Positions 43,639 through 55,456 of a stretch of DNA of 64,000 nt are shown in pieces. The stretch is taken from the NCBI GenBank assembly GCA_025558095.1, contig JAIVFI010000014.1, positions 682,001 through 746,000 of the forward strand, given 5' to 3'. Each line of letters starts with the position of its first letter. The first letter of the stretch is position 1. The translations under genes and the position numbers were made by a program. The DNA comes from Hyaloraphidium curvatum SAG 235-1 (taxonomy: Eukaryota > Fungi > Monoblepharomycota). The notes beneath the pieces are model-generated. The model searched no databases. It was not told where the DNA came from and was given only the letters and a program-made list of their open reading frames with translations.

Positions 43639-45354
43639 ATGGCGGACCTCTCGGTGTGGTTCCGAGCGTGCAAGGACGGCGCCATCCCCGCGGCCGAGCC
43701 GTTCCTCGCTTCGCCGACGTTCGACCCCGACGCGCTCGACTCCAACGGCTTCACAGGGTTCGCGCTGGCGTGCCACAACGGGCGCCACGAAATGGCCGCG
43801 AGACTGTTGAAGGAGCCGCGGATGAACCCGAACAGGGTCGTCAAGGGCGGCTACACCGCGATGCACCTCGCGTGCCGGTCGGGCCGCGGCAGGGTCGCCA
43901 AGCTGCTCGCCGACGACCCGCGCGTCGACCTGAACGCGGAAAAGGACGACGGCCTGACGCCGCTGATGCTCGCCGCCCGCGAGGGCCACGCCAAGATCGC
44001 GGAGATGCTGCTGAAGCTCGGCAGGGAGCGCAACGTGCGGCCCGACGCGGCGGACGTCAAGGGCAACACGGCCTTCATCTACGCGTGCTCGACGTCGTCG
44101 CTCGAGTGCATCGACGTGTTCCTCAGGCACCACCGGCGGGTGGCGGTCAACGTTCAGAACAAAGACGGGGAGACGGGGCTCATTGTCGCGTGCGTCATGG
44201 GCAACTCGCAGGTGGCCAACGACCTGCTGCACTACCCGGACCTGCTGGATCTGTCCTTGGCCGACAACGCCGGCAACACGGCCTTCCACCACGTGTGCAA
44301 GAACAACGACCTGGAGCTCGCGCGGTCCTTCCTGAAGCACCTGGACCAGGTTCCCGTCAACGCCGCCAACCGGGCCGGCAAGACCCCGCGCGACCTCGCG
44401 ACCGGGGAGCGGTTGCGCGCGCTAATCGACCGCGAAGTGATGCTTTACGAACGGAGCCCGAGCAAGCTTCGTGTCGACAGCTCGCGCGTCTCGTACGACC
44501 GCACGAAGGTCCTTGGGAAGGGGGGCTTCGGCGCCGTTTACAGGGGCACCTTCAAGGAGGAAGTCTCCCCCGGTCGGTTCCGTGACGTCGAGGTTGCCGT
44601 CAAGGAATCGCTTCAGGGCTTTGCGGACGCCAAGATCAGGGCGCTGTTCGACAAGGAGGTCCGCGTGTGGACTGCCCTTGGCAGGGGCCACGACAACGTG
44701 CTCAAGCTCCTGTCTTACTCGGAGGACCCCCTGGTGATGGTTTGTCAGTACGCCAACGCGGGTAACTTGCAGGAGTACCTGTTGCGGATCGCCGGGGAGC
44801 AGGACTACTACCGCCGCGCGCTCCAGCTGCTCCTCGGCGTTGCCAAGGGGATGGCCTTCATCCACGCGTCGCACGTAGTGCACGGGGACCTCAAGGCGCT
44901 CAACGTGCTCGTCGACGCGCGCCCCGGGGGCGGGCCGGTGCCGCTCATCGCGGACTTTGGCATGTCGCGCGTGCGCATGCAGGTGTCCATCACCATGGGG
45001 CAGGCCGACGCGGTCGAGGGCACGCTGGGGTTCCTGGCGCCGGAGCTGCTGCAGGGCGCTCTGGATGATTTCCCGACGCCGCGCAAGGCCAAGAAGGCCG
45101 ACGTGTTTGCCTTTGCGATGGTGGCGTACATGGTCTCGAGCAGGGGCAAGGAACCCTTCCACGACGCCAGGTTCAGGAGCGACAAGGAGCGCATGGGCGC
45201 GATCCTGGCGGGGCAGAGACCGCGGCCGCCGGCGGATGCCCCCAAGGGGCTGGTGGAGCTGATGGCGCGGTGCTGGGCGGCGGATCCCGAGAAGAGGCCC
45301 GAGTTTGCCGAGGTCGTGCGCGACCTGGACGCCGTGATTGCCGCCGCTCCGTGA
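43639..45354 (+). CDS. Ankyrin-repeat protein kinase (TKL-like, non-RD)
   Basis: About six ankyrin repeats (GYTAMHLAC, GLTPLMLAA, GNTAFHHVC); GKGGFG, VAVK, HGDLKALN, DFG, APE. Confidence 0.93.
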   Translation: MADLSVWFRACKDGAIPAAEPFLASPTFDPDALDSNGFTGFALACHNGRHEMAARLLKEPRMNPNRVVKGGYTAMHLACRSGRGRVAKLLADDPRVDLNAEKDDGLTPLMLAAREGHAKIAEMLLKLGRERNVRPDAADVKGNTAFIYACSTSSLECIDVFLRHHRRVAVNVQNKDGETGLIVACVMGNSQVANDLLHYPDLLDLSLADNAGNTAFHHVCKNNDLELARSFLKHLDQVPVNAANRAGKTPRDLATGERLRALIDREVMLYERSPSKLRVDSSRVSYDRTKVLGKGGFGAVYRGTFKEEVSPGRFRDVEVAVKESLQGFADAKIRALFDKEVRVWTALGRGHDNVLKLLSYSEDPLVMVCQYANAGNLQEYLLRIAGEQDYYRRALQLLLGVAKGMAFIHASHVVHGDLKALNVLVDARPGGGPVPLIADFGMSRVRMQVSITMGQADAVEGTLGFLAPELLQGALDDFPTPRKAKKADVFAFAMVAYMVSSRGKEPFHDARFRSDKERMGAILAGQRPRPPADAPKGLVELMARCWAADPEKRPEFAEVVRDLDAVIAAAP

Positions 45355-45552
45355 TCTTCAGGAGTACTCGTGTCTTTGTAGCATCCGTTGTGGTAGTGTC
45401 CCCTGGCTCTTCAGCGATCGACATGTGCGATGTCAGCGCCGGCTGTCCGGGGCTGCGACGCGTCCTCGGGTTCCGCCGCATTCCGTCCCCAACCACACGC
45501 CACACCTCCGCCGTCAGCGCCCTCCATATCCGGCCATCGCCACTCTCCTCCG

Positions 45553-47377
45553 ATGGGGGCGCCCGCGGCGTGGGTGCGCGCGTGCAAGGACGGCGATGCG
45601 GCCGTCGTGGCCATGTTCCTCTCGAAGGCGGACTTCGACCCCGACGCGGCCGACGAGGCCACGGGATTCCCCGCGCTGGTGCTCGCGGCGCACAATGGCC
45701 GCTCGGCGATCGTGGCGACGCTGCTCGGCGACGCGCGCGTCGCCCCGAACCGCGCGGGCAAGGGCGGCTACACGGCCGTCCACGCCTCGTGCAAGATGGA
45801 CAAGATGGAGGTCCTGAAGGTGCTGATCGCAGACAAGCGCGTCGATCTGAACGCCGCAAAGGCCGACGGTATGACCGGCCTCATGGTCGCCGCCCGCGAG
45901 GGCTTCCACAAGCTGTGCGAGGCGCTCCTGGCGACCCCGAAATCACGCGGCCTCGCGTCCGACGCCGTCGACGCCGCGGGCAACACAGCGTTCCACTACG
46001 CCTGCATGAGCAAGAAGGGCCGCATGCCGGTGCTCGACGCCTTCCTGCACGCCGACCGGCCCAAGCGGGTCGGCGTCAACCGCCCAAACAACCTGGGCCT
46101 CACGGCGCTCGCGGCCGCCTGCGCCGCGGGCAACGTCAACGTGGCCGAGGACCTGCTGCACCACGTGGACCTCCTGGATCTGCGCGTGCCCGACCGCGAG
46201 GGCGACACGGCATTCCACCACGTGTGCAGGGGCGGCAGCCTCGCCCTCGCCCGCGCCTTCTTCCGGCACCCGGGCTCGTTCGACCCCGAGGCGCGCAACA
46301 ATGCCGGGCAGACCCCGGCGGACGTGGCGACCAGCGAGGTCGTGCGGATGCTCATTTCGCGGGAGGTCATGGTCATCCGGGCCAACCCACCCAGCCTCGA
46401 GGTGCCCGCGTCGCGCCTCCACTTCGACCGGAACAACGCCAACATGCTCGGCGAAGGAGGTCAGGCGAGGGTGTACCGGGGCCTGTTCGTCGAGCAGATC
46501 GGCGAGGACAGCTTCAAGGAGACGATAGTGGCGGTCAAGTGTCCGAGGCAGGAGATCGACGACCCGGCCGTGATGAGGACGTTCGAGAAGGAGATCAAGA
46601 TGTGGGCCCTCGTGGGCCGCAACCACCGCAACGTGCTCCCCCTCCTCGGCTTCTGCACCCAACCCTTCGCCATCATCTGCCCCATCGTCGAGGGCACCAA
46701 CCTCCAGCTGTACCTGTGGGAGAACCGCGACTCGCCGCGGTACTGGTCCATCGCCCTGCGGCTCCTCCTCGGGGTCGCCGAGGGCATGCAGTACATCCAC
46801 GACTCGCACGTGGTCCACGGGGACCTCAAGCCGCCCAACGTGCTCGTCGACGTGCGCGCGAAGGGCGGGCCGATCCCTCTCATCGCGGATTTCGGCATGT
46901 CCCGCGTGCGGCTGGAACACAGCGTCACGCATGGCAACGAGAACAACGTGATGCCCGAGGGCACGCTGCCCTTCATGGCGCCGGAGCTGCTGGACCTCGT
47001 TTTCGACAGGACGCTGCCCCCCAGGGCGAGGAAGAAGGCGGACGTGTACTCCTTTGGGATGGTGTGCTTCATGGCGGCCACGAGGGGCTGGGAACCGTAC
47101 CACGGGGACATCGGCCCGGGCAAGAAGTTCAGGGAGACCTACGAGGTGGGGATTGAGCCGCCGGGTCCTGCAAGGGCCTTTGCTGACCCCTTTTCTCTAC
47201 CTTCGCCTACAGCTCATCAAGAACGTCACCCAGGGCTACCGCCCCGACATCCCGCCGCACACACCAGTCGCGCTGAGCGCCCTGATGAAGAAGTGCTGGG
47301 CGCGCGAGCCCGAGAAGAGGCCCGACTTTGCCCAGATCGTGCAGGACCTGAAGAGGCAGATCGAGGACTTTGAGTAG
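45553..47377 (+). CDS. Ankyrin-repeat protein kinase (tandem paralog, non-RD)
   Basis: Same architecture; GEGGQA, VAVK, HGDLKPPN, DFG, APE; one 3' intron (about 47146-47211). Confidence 0.92.
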
Positions 47378-47469
47378 GCGCCGGCAAGGGCGGTCTAGAT
47401 TCTAGATTGTGTGTTCAGGAAGCAGATACACGGGGATGTCTAGGTGTCAGATGGTACGCCACCCGGCCG

Positions 47470-49496
47470 TCACCGCCCCTTGTGCATGCCGAGGATGCAC
47501 GAGTCATGGACCGCCTGTAGCGCCTCCGAGGCCGTCTTGTGCTCGATCACGCACGAGATGTTGATCTCGCTGTCGCCGCCCTCTCCATCAGCGATCCAAC
47601 CCCGCAGAACAGGCCGCAAAGACATACCTGGCACCCTGGCTGATCATCTCGATGTTGACCCCGACGCTCGACAGCGCCGTGAACATCCTCCCGCTGATGC
47701 CCACCGCGTTCTTCATCCCCTCCCCGACCAGCGACAGGATGGCCATGTTGGGGAGCACGTCCACCGTGCCCGTCTTGCGGAGCTCCCCGAGCGCGAGCTC
47801 CAGCGAGCGCTCGCTGATGTTGGGCCCGAGCGCCATCGAGACGTGCACCTCCGAGGTGGAGATGAGGTCCACGACGATGCCGAAGCGGTCCAGAACCCTG
47901 AAGATGTGCGCCAGGAAGCCGTGCGAGACCGACTTGCGGTTCGAGTGCACGTTGAGCACCGTCACGGGGTGCTTGATGGTGACGGCCGTGGCGTGCCCCG
48001 GGAGCCGGGAAAAGTAGGGCTGCGGGGTGAGCGAGTCCTCGAGCTCCTCGGGCGGGGAGTCGGGGTCGTCCTCGCGGAAGCTGGGCGGGGCGACGACGGT
48101 ACCCCGGCCCTGGGGGTTGAAGGTGTTCTTGATCCGGATGGGGATGGCGGCGCGGATGACCTGCTCCATGGTGAAGGGGTGGATGACCTCGGAGCCGTAG
48201 TAGGTCAGCTCGGCGGCCTCGTCGGGGGTGATGTAGGGGAGCAGGCGGGCGAGGGGTGCCTTGCGGGGGTCGGCGGTGAAGATGCCGTCGACCTCCTTGA
48301 AGATGTGGAGCTCAGAGGCCGAGAGGGCGACGGAGCAGAGGGCGGCGGTGAGGTCCGTGTAGCCGCGGCCGATGGTGGTGATGATCGAGCCCGGAACGGG
48401 TCCGAGATAGCCTGGAACATCGTTCGAAGATGAGACCAAGAGATTGGAGAACAGAGCGCAGCAATCTCACCGGTGACAACGGGCACGACCCATCCCTCCG
48501 TCCCCGTGGACGATCCCGTCGTCAAGGCCAGGTCGACCTTCGAGTCGTCCCAGCACACTGCCTCGAGCACCTCCTTCAACCGCCCCGCCAGGTAGTCGTA
48601 GAACCCCTGCCCGACCTCCGATTCGCCGAAATGCCGGTCCACGATCCTCTCCAGGTTGACGTACGCCGAGGGCACCCCGCGCGACGCCAGCACGGCGGCA
48701 AAGATCATCGCCGACAGCTTCTCGCCGACGGAAATGACAATGTCACGCGACCGTGGCGACATCTCCTCGATGGTCGCGCACGCGTCCAGGAAGCTCCGCA
48801 GCCTGGCGCATTCGGCCGAGATGCCGCGCAGGCACTCGCCGCGGAGGCCCTCGAGCTCCTCGTCGTCCCCGCCCAGCGCCTCGTAAGCGTGCCGTCGGTG
48901 CTCCTCTTCGATTTTGGTCACAATTTCGGCGTGCTCCGCCGAACCGGAGAGGCAGGATTCGGCGGCGAGGAGGAGGCGAGAGGTCGTGCCTTCGGCCTTG
49001 ACGTACGAGGACATGGCCGAGAGCACGACGACGGGGCGAGTGGCCGGGCTGGAGCCAGAGTGGAGCGTATTTCTGGAAAAGCGACCAAAGGTCAGCCAAT
49101 GAAGCCGATGGAAGGAGCAGGCGAGCCCGGATTCCTTGACGAGGTTGGACCAACGCACCTCACGATATCGGCCACCATCCCCATTCTTTCGGCAGTTCCC
49201 ACCGAAGTGCCTCCAAATTTCTGCACGACTAGGGGTACGCGGGCCTTGTGCCTCTGCGCTGCGCCCGCCGGCGACCTCGCCCTGCCGTGGGCTGCCTCCG
49301 GCGGGTGGGCCCGCCCGTTCGCGTGCAGCGAGCCCGAAGGCAACCGCTGCGCCGCGAAGCCGTCGAGGTACGACGAGCCCGACGAGTTGGCCGGCATCGA
49401 CGCCGATTTGCCGAGCGACGACGAGTAAAACAGCTCGTCGTCCGGCGTGTCCGTCGTGCGCGGCGGGATGGGCAGCGCCGTCGTTGGCTGCGTCAT
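47470..49496 (-). CDS. HOM3: Aspartate kinase
   Basis: VVQKFGGTSVG, VVLSAMS, ISVGEKLS, IGRGYTDLTAA, KEVDGIFTADPR, ELTYYGSEVIHP, two ACT domains. Confidence 0.96.
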
Positions 49497-50518
49497 CGCA
49501 CCGAGCGACCACAAAAAGGCAGAGTCCAGGAGACCGGCACACGGCCCTCGAGCAGGTTACGAGGCCAGAGGGGGTGGCGCAAAGATGTGGTGCGGTCGGC
49601 GGTAAACAAGTCAACAGAGCGCCAGCGGGCCTATGACTCGGCGCTCGATGCTCTGCCTGCACACAGCCAGCACGGCGGCAAGACGCACATCGGGTGCTTC
49701 CAAGGCTTCCTGGAGGCGCCGCTTGGCATTCTCTGGCCGACCTGAGGGTCGCTTGGACCATCGACGACCTGCACTGTGTGCTTCTCGCGGGCTTCGCCCC
49801 GATCCCCTGGGATTCCAGAACCGCTTGCTGGCCCCGGAGACGTGGAACGATCAGCTTTGAGGCACAGCGATATGCTGGAGCCAAACTTGTGGGCCTCCAG
49901 TGCGAGTTGAGCTCGGCCGCGCTCGGCCGAAGCGGCCAGACGTAGCCCCTCCGACTCCTTCGATTCTCGGTTTCGGAATCTTAAGAGCTCAATTTGCTCG
50001 ATTGAGCCCTTCATTGTCACGCGGACGACCCATGGCGGTGCTGCGATCCCTGATTCCGGTGCCTGAACTGGAGACCAGGCTCACGACGCCCGCTCAGGCG
50101 ACATTCAGGACTCTCAATCGTTGGATCGATCATATCGCTTGCGCGTGTCTCGAATTTTGGGAGCTGTGCGCTGCGCCGCGTTGCGAGGCCGCATGGCATG
50201 GGCACTTCGGGTGATGTTGCTGCCCCCTCGCGATCACAGGCCCTGAGCATGCTGCAACCCGGATGGCCGGTGCCGCCGCACGCCTGTGCTGCCGAGGGGC
50301 TTAGATGCTGCGTAACCGCGGGGGATCGCGCTGATTCCCCCGGGCCCGAGGCGCAGCAGGCTGGTGGCCTGCGGCAGGGTCCTTTGCGCTGGCGGTGTTG
50401 CGTGCCCAACCCAAAGCGGACGACTCGGGACGCCAGCGTTCTGCTGCACTCAGACGGGCGCATCGCGGGCCGGAAACTCGGGAACTCGCAGATCTCGGTC
50501 GGAAGCAACGTCTCCGCC

Positions 50519-51687
50519 ATGCGCGCCGCCGCCGCCGCCCTCCTGCTCGCCGCCCTCGCGGCCATCGGCACCGCCGATGCGCACATCCAGATGACGAACC
50601 CCATTCCCCGAGGCTCGCCGCAGGGCCCCTGGCCCGAGAGCCAGCGCGACTACTCGCTCATGTCGCCCCTCGACAACGGCGGGATCGGCCGGACGTACCC
50701 CTGCCAGGGCAAGGTGCGCTTCTCAACCCGCGATGCTGAGGCGGCCACGGATCGCTCACCAATGCCCATCGCAGCCCAAGGGCGTCAACACGGCGACCCT
50801 CTATGCCGGCAGGACCGTCAACGTGACCTGGGCCGGCTCGGCGATCCACGGGGGCGGCCACTGCCAGCTCGCGGTTTCTTACGACGGCGGCTCCACCTTT
50901 GTCGTCCTGGACACGATCCTGGGCGACTGCCTCGTCCGCGGCATGTCGTACCCCCTGACTCTGCCCGCGGACCTGCCGCGCGCCACCTCGGCCATCTTTG
51001 CCTGGACCTGGGTGAGTCGATCGATGCCCACCACCAGGATGAGCTGACGGACGAGAACAATCACGCCAGATGAACCGAATCGGCAACCGTGAATACTACA
51101 TGAACTGCGCGGACGTCGAGATCGTGTCCAACACCTGCGGGCCCTTCACCGCCCCGCGCCTGTTCGTCGCCCAGGTCGTGCCGCCTTCGACGCAGGTGTT
51201 CCCCGAGTGGGGCACCACGGGCAACGACTACAGGAACGAGCTGCTCAACGGGCGGCCGGCGACGACTGTTGTTGGGGACGGGTGCGCTGGGGCAACGCCG
51301 CCTTCTCCCGCTCCGGCGCCCGCTCCTGCGCCTGCGCCTGCGCCCGCCCCCGCTCCTGCTCCTGCTCCTGCTCCTGCTCCCGCTCCGGCCCCGGCCCCGG
51401 CCCCGGCTCCCGCTCCCGCTCCGGCGCCGGCCCCGCCGCCGCCTCCTCCGGTACGTTCACCATCGCCAATCGCGGCCACATTTTTGCCTACCGCGGCTCC
51501 CCTCCAGACCGGCGTCCTCCCCGCCTGCACCTCGGCCAACAACGGCCAGCAGATCTGCCCCTCGGCCGCGCACCCCGGCTTCTCATGGTGCGTCAACGGC
51601 GTCTGGATCCAGCAGGCCTGCCCCGCAGGCACGGTGTGCAGGGCCCTGAGCGCCACGCAGGTCGTCTGCGACTGGCCCCAGGCCTAG
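50519..51687 (+). CDS. AA11-like lytic polysaccharide monooxygenase with Pro-Ala linker and C-terminal CBM19-like module
   Basis: Signal peptide followed by His1 (A-HIQMTNP), HGGGHCQ, WTW.NRIGNREYYMNCAD; terminal C..G.W....CPAGTVC. Confidence 0.85.
51307..51432 (+). repeat. Coding (CCN GCN)n repeat giving a Pro-Ala linker
   Basis: About 21 PA dipeptides with varied third codon positions. Confidence 0.9.
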
Positions 51688-52224
51688 TCAAAGGGAAGGG
51701 GGAAGGACGCTTCGGGTGGACGGAGCAAGGGTGGAGGGGGAAAGCACATTGTCTAGTAGCACGAAAGGCGCGCCTGGCCGCGCCGGATATCTGTTGTCTG
51801 TGTCACCTCTGACGCAACACGAGCCGGTTCTCGCACCACATCGATCGCCTACGTCCATCGCAGAGAGCAAGCGAGCCCGAGAACTAGGAGCAACAAGCGA
51901 TTCGGGATCAATCGAGCGGCGCAGGGGACCTACCTGACGCTGGGGATGGCGTGCGGGTTGTGGCAGACCCAGACCAGGTCTGCCGAGGACACACTACTCC
52001 CCGGTCTGGGTCTGTCACAGGGTGAGCGGCCGTGGGGCGGGGACGCGGGCGGCGGGATCCGGCGGGGCTCGTGCCGGGCGTCGGGATCGGATGATCGGGG
52101 CATCGCACGGGAGGAGCTTCGACGTGGGGTCCATTGTCGGATCTTGTGACAACAATGCATGGGTCCGTCCGGCGGTGACGCGTCGCGTCATGCATTGCCC
52201 CTCATCCACTCCCTAACCTCCGCC

Positions 52225-52641
52225 ATGTCGCTCTCCGCGCCCCTCTCGACCACCCTCCTCCTCCGCGCGCCGCTCGCGTTCGGCGCGTACCTCTCCGCGT
52301 GGTCGCGCCTGCTCTCCCCGCTGTTCCTCGCGCCGCTCCCTTCCGCCGCGGCCCCGACGCTGCGGGCGACCGGCGCGCTGTCGTGCGCCGCGCTCGCGGG
52401 GGTGCTCTTCGGTTTCGGGCACTTCCAGGTGGCGGTGGGTTGCGGGGTGGGCTACTTCCTCGGCCGCGCGGCGGACGCGGGCGGGTCGGCGTGGGCGCGG
52501 GCCGCGGACGCGTTCGGCGCGCTGGACGGGCGCGACAAAGAGCTGCTGACGCGGGGGACGATCACGGTGGTGAACATCGTGGGGGCGGTGCTGGCGCTGA
52601 GGGGGGAGGCGGGCGCGCTGGCCGCGCTGGCGGGCAAGTGA
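52225..52641 (+). CDS. Small hydrophobic membrane protein
   Basis: 138-aa ORF with GC3-rich codons and 3-4 hydrophobic stretches. Confidence 0.5.
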   Translation: MSLSAPLSTTLLLRAPLAFGAYLSAWSRLLSPLFLAPLPSAAAPTLRATGALSCAALAGVLFGFGHFQVAVGCGVGYFLGRAADAGGSAWARAADAFGALDGRDKELLTRGTITVVNIVGAVLALRGEAGALAALAGK

Positions 52642-52830
52642 GGCCGCGGGAGGGGGAGCGCGTTCCAGGCCGTGGGAGGTCATTCATGGCGATGCGTTCC
52701 TTGATCGAGTAAGGTATACGGTGTAGATGTGATGATGCCTAGATGGTCAGAGAGTGTCGGTATCTTCCATGTCCAAGAAGGCATCCCGGCGCCGTTCCGG
52801 GTCCCCTCCCCTTGAGTCCCGCGCCCCCTC

Positions 52831-53967
52831 CTACGCCGCAACGCACACCACCACGCTCCGCCACAGCACCGCCGCCCCGCCCCCTTCGACGACCCACCCC
52901 TGCTGCCCCCCCGGCTCCGCCACCGCGAGGGCGGTGAACCTGTCGAAGGAGACGGTGGCGTTGCGGTTCCACTGCACCGTCTGCCCCGCCGGCACGCTTA
53001 TCTCGGCGCGGAGGAAGCCGTCGCGGTCCGAGTAGAGCACCGCGGTGCCCTGCGCACGGAGGGCGAGGGAGAGGAAGGTGACGGCCGCCGGGGGTGCCTG
53101 CGGCGACGAGAGCGAGATCGACAGGAGGGAGAGCGAGGACGAGGAGAGGTCGAGACTGAGCGGGCCGAGCGGGATGGCGGCGTTGGGGGTGGCCGGGTCC
53201 GCCAGGCAGGGGATCAGGTCGACGCAGGTGCGGCCGTCCACGGGGAACGGGGCGCAGACGGGCTGCCATGCGCCGTCGGGGGAGGGCGGGGCGCAGGCGG
53301 GGAGGGTGGTGGTGACGGTGATGACGGAGGTCGAGGTGGTGAGGGTGGTGGAGGTGGTGACCGAGGTCGAGGGGACCACGGTCGTCGACGTGGCCAGGCG
53401 GGTGGAGGTGGTGGTCGCGACCGAGGTGAGCCACTGCGTCGCCTGCACCCAGGCGGTCTGCGTCTTCCGCACGGTCGAGGTGGCGAAGCGGGTCGATGTG
53501 CGCAGGCACAGCGTCGCGGTGGTGCGGAGGGTGGTCGTGCGGGCGACCCAGCGCACCGATGTCCGCGTGGAGGTGCGCCAGGCGGTGCGCGTGATCGTCG
53601 GAGTCCGCGTGATGGTCCGCGTGACGGTGCGGAGGACGAGCTGGCGGGCGCGCAGCCGCCCGGCTCCCGCAGCCGAGTCCGCGTGCGGGTCCGCGGGGGC
53701 GCCCTCCCGCCCGGCATCGGCGGGCACCGCGGCGCCCATCGCGGTCACCGCCGCGGCGAGCAGCAGCGCCGCCAGCAGCAGCAGCGCCCACCGGGGCCGG
53801 CCCGGCCCGCGCACGGTTTCCCCCGCGCCGACCCGCCGGCGCCCCCTCCCGCCCCCCGCCGGCTCCCCGCCCTCCGCCGGCCGGGGATCCCGGTGCCCAG
53901 ATTCAATATAGGTATGTGTCCGCCTCGGAGGGCCCATCAGGGGCCCGCGAGGGCGTGGAGGTGCCAT
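52831..53967 (-). CDS. Thr/Arg-rich secreted or type II membrane protein
   Basis: Hydrophobic WALLLLAALLLAAAV segment, long Thr-rich beta-like repeat region, globular C-terminus; start uncertain. Confidence 0.55.
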   Translation of the reverse strand: MAPPRPRGPLMGPPRRTHTYIESGHRDPRPAEGGEPAGGGRGRRRVGAGETVRGPGRPRWALLLLAALLLAAAVTAMGAAVPADAGREGAPADPHADSAAGAGRLRARQLVLRTVTRTITRTPTITRTAWRTSTRTSVRWVARTTTLRTTATLCLRTSTRFATSTVRKTQTAWVQATQWLTSVATTTSTRLATSTTVVPSTSVTTSTTLTTSTSVITVTTTLPACAPPSPDGAWQPVCAPFPVDGRTCVDLIPCLADPATPNAAIPLGPLSLDLSSSSLSLLSISLSSPQAPPAAVTFLSLALRAQGTAVLYSDRDGFLRAEISVPAGQTVQWNRNATVSFDRFTALAVAEPGGQQGWVVEGGGAAVLWRSVVVCVAA

Positions 53968-54323
53968 TGTGTGTCCGATGATTGCGGCGCGCGGGGCTGA
54001 GCCCGCTCCGCCGCGGCGGCATCCCCAGCCGGGCCCAGCGCGCAAGGTTCGGCAACGCCGCCCGAGACCGCGCCGAAGGGACGGGATCCGCCATCCGACA
54101 GACAGTCGGCGGTCCGGGGGCCGCTTTGGTCGCCCGCTGTTCCGGCCGCTCTCGGGCACGGAGGGCGGGCCCCGCATCGGAGGGCCGGCGGCGATCTGCG
54201 CCGATCGCGGACGCGGGGTGGGACGGTGGATGCGGGGAAGATGCTACGATTACCCAACACGGGCAGCGCACGGTCTCGCTCCCCTCTTCCTCCCTCCCCG
54301 CCGCGATCCCGTCCCCGGCTCCC

Positions 54324-55456
54324 TCAGAGGTTCTTGCCGAGGAAGTCCGCCGCGTCCTCCACCGCCTTCTCCACCGCGGCCTTGACCTCGGGGCTGGCCA
54401 TGTTGCCGATGTCGGCGCGGTTGACGAAGCCGTGCTTGACGCCCTTGAAGGCGATCACCTCCGTCGCGGGCTGCACGGCCTTGAGGGCCTTGTAGTACGG
54501 GCCGTCCTCGCTGCAACGGGGCGGCGGCGTCAGTCCGCGGTATCGCGAGGGGGGAGGCGGCGCCGCACGCACAGGTAGACGGGGGGGTCGTTCTCGGCGG
54601 GGCAGAAGAGCATGGGCGCCGACGACTTGCCCAGCAGCTCCGCGGCGTTGCCCCCAAACACAAAGTCCTCCAGGTGGATCGACGGGTGGAAGATGGCCGC
54701 GGCATTGACGTGCGGCTTGAGGTCGGCGTCGCCGGCGGTGTGGGCAATGACCCAGCCTCCCCTGCAAAGCGCGCGGGGCGGTGAGCCGGCGGCGGCGGCG
54801 GGGAACGCGGCGGGGGACAGACCAGCAGTACCCGACCATGCCGATCTTCTCGGCGCCGCCGGCCTTGAGCGCCTCGAGGCACGCCTTGATCTTGGCCTTG
54901 AGCTCGGGGAACTTGAAGTTCTGCAGGTAGCCGACCAGGTCGTTCATCCTGTTCTCGATGTCGAAGTCCGGGGGCAGGGCTGCCGCGCGGCGGAGCGTCA
55001 GCGACGGGCGGCACGGGCAACGCGGGCGCAGGACGCACCGTCGCCGTCGGTGCCGCCCTCGAAGGGCGGGGTGAGCAGCTTGGGCACCATGACGCGGTAC
55101 CCGCCGTCGCCGTAGTTGTCCGCGATCCCGCGGAGCCGGCCCGAGTTCCAGCCCCACACGTCGGGGATCATGAGGATCTGCGGTTGCGGCGATGCGGCGG
55201 GGGGCACCGGCGGGAGGCAGTCAGCGGCGCGGACGGCGGGAGGGGACGGCGACCCATACGGCCTTCTTGGCGTCGGCGGGGCCGGTGGTGTACACCTCGA
55301 GGCCGGAGGGCAGCGTGCCGGTCTTGCCCTTGGTCGCGTAGTCGGCCTTGAGGTAGCTGGTGCGGCGGGCGGGCGGGGGTGAGCGCCCGCGCGGCGGGGG
55401 CGGCGGCGCACGCACGGCTCCGAGTTGGGCGGGCAGCACGGCGCGGTGGACGACAT
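54324..55456 (-). CDS. Dienelactone hydrolase family protein (copy 1), multi-exon
   Basis: CCPP N-terminus, PDVWGW, GYCWG nucleophile elbow, HPS, AEND, HGFVNR. Confidence 0.9.

Noticed and set aside
49520-50500. About 1-kb interval between aspartate kinase and the LPMO
   Set aside because: Divergent promoter region; its ORFs lack motifs and no repeats were found by eye.
51307-51432. Pro-Ala repeat as a novel element
   Set aside because: Ordinary linker between an LPMO catalytic domain and a binding module.
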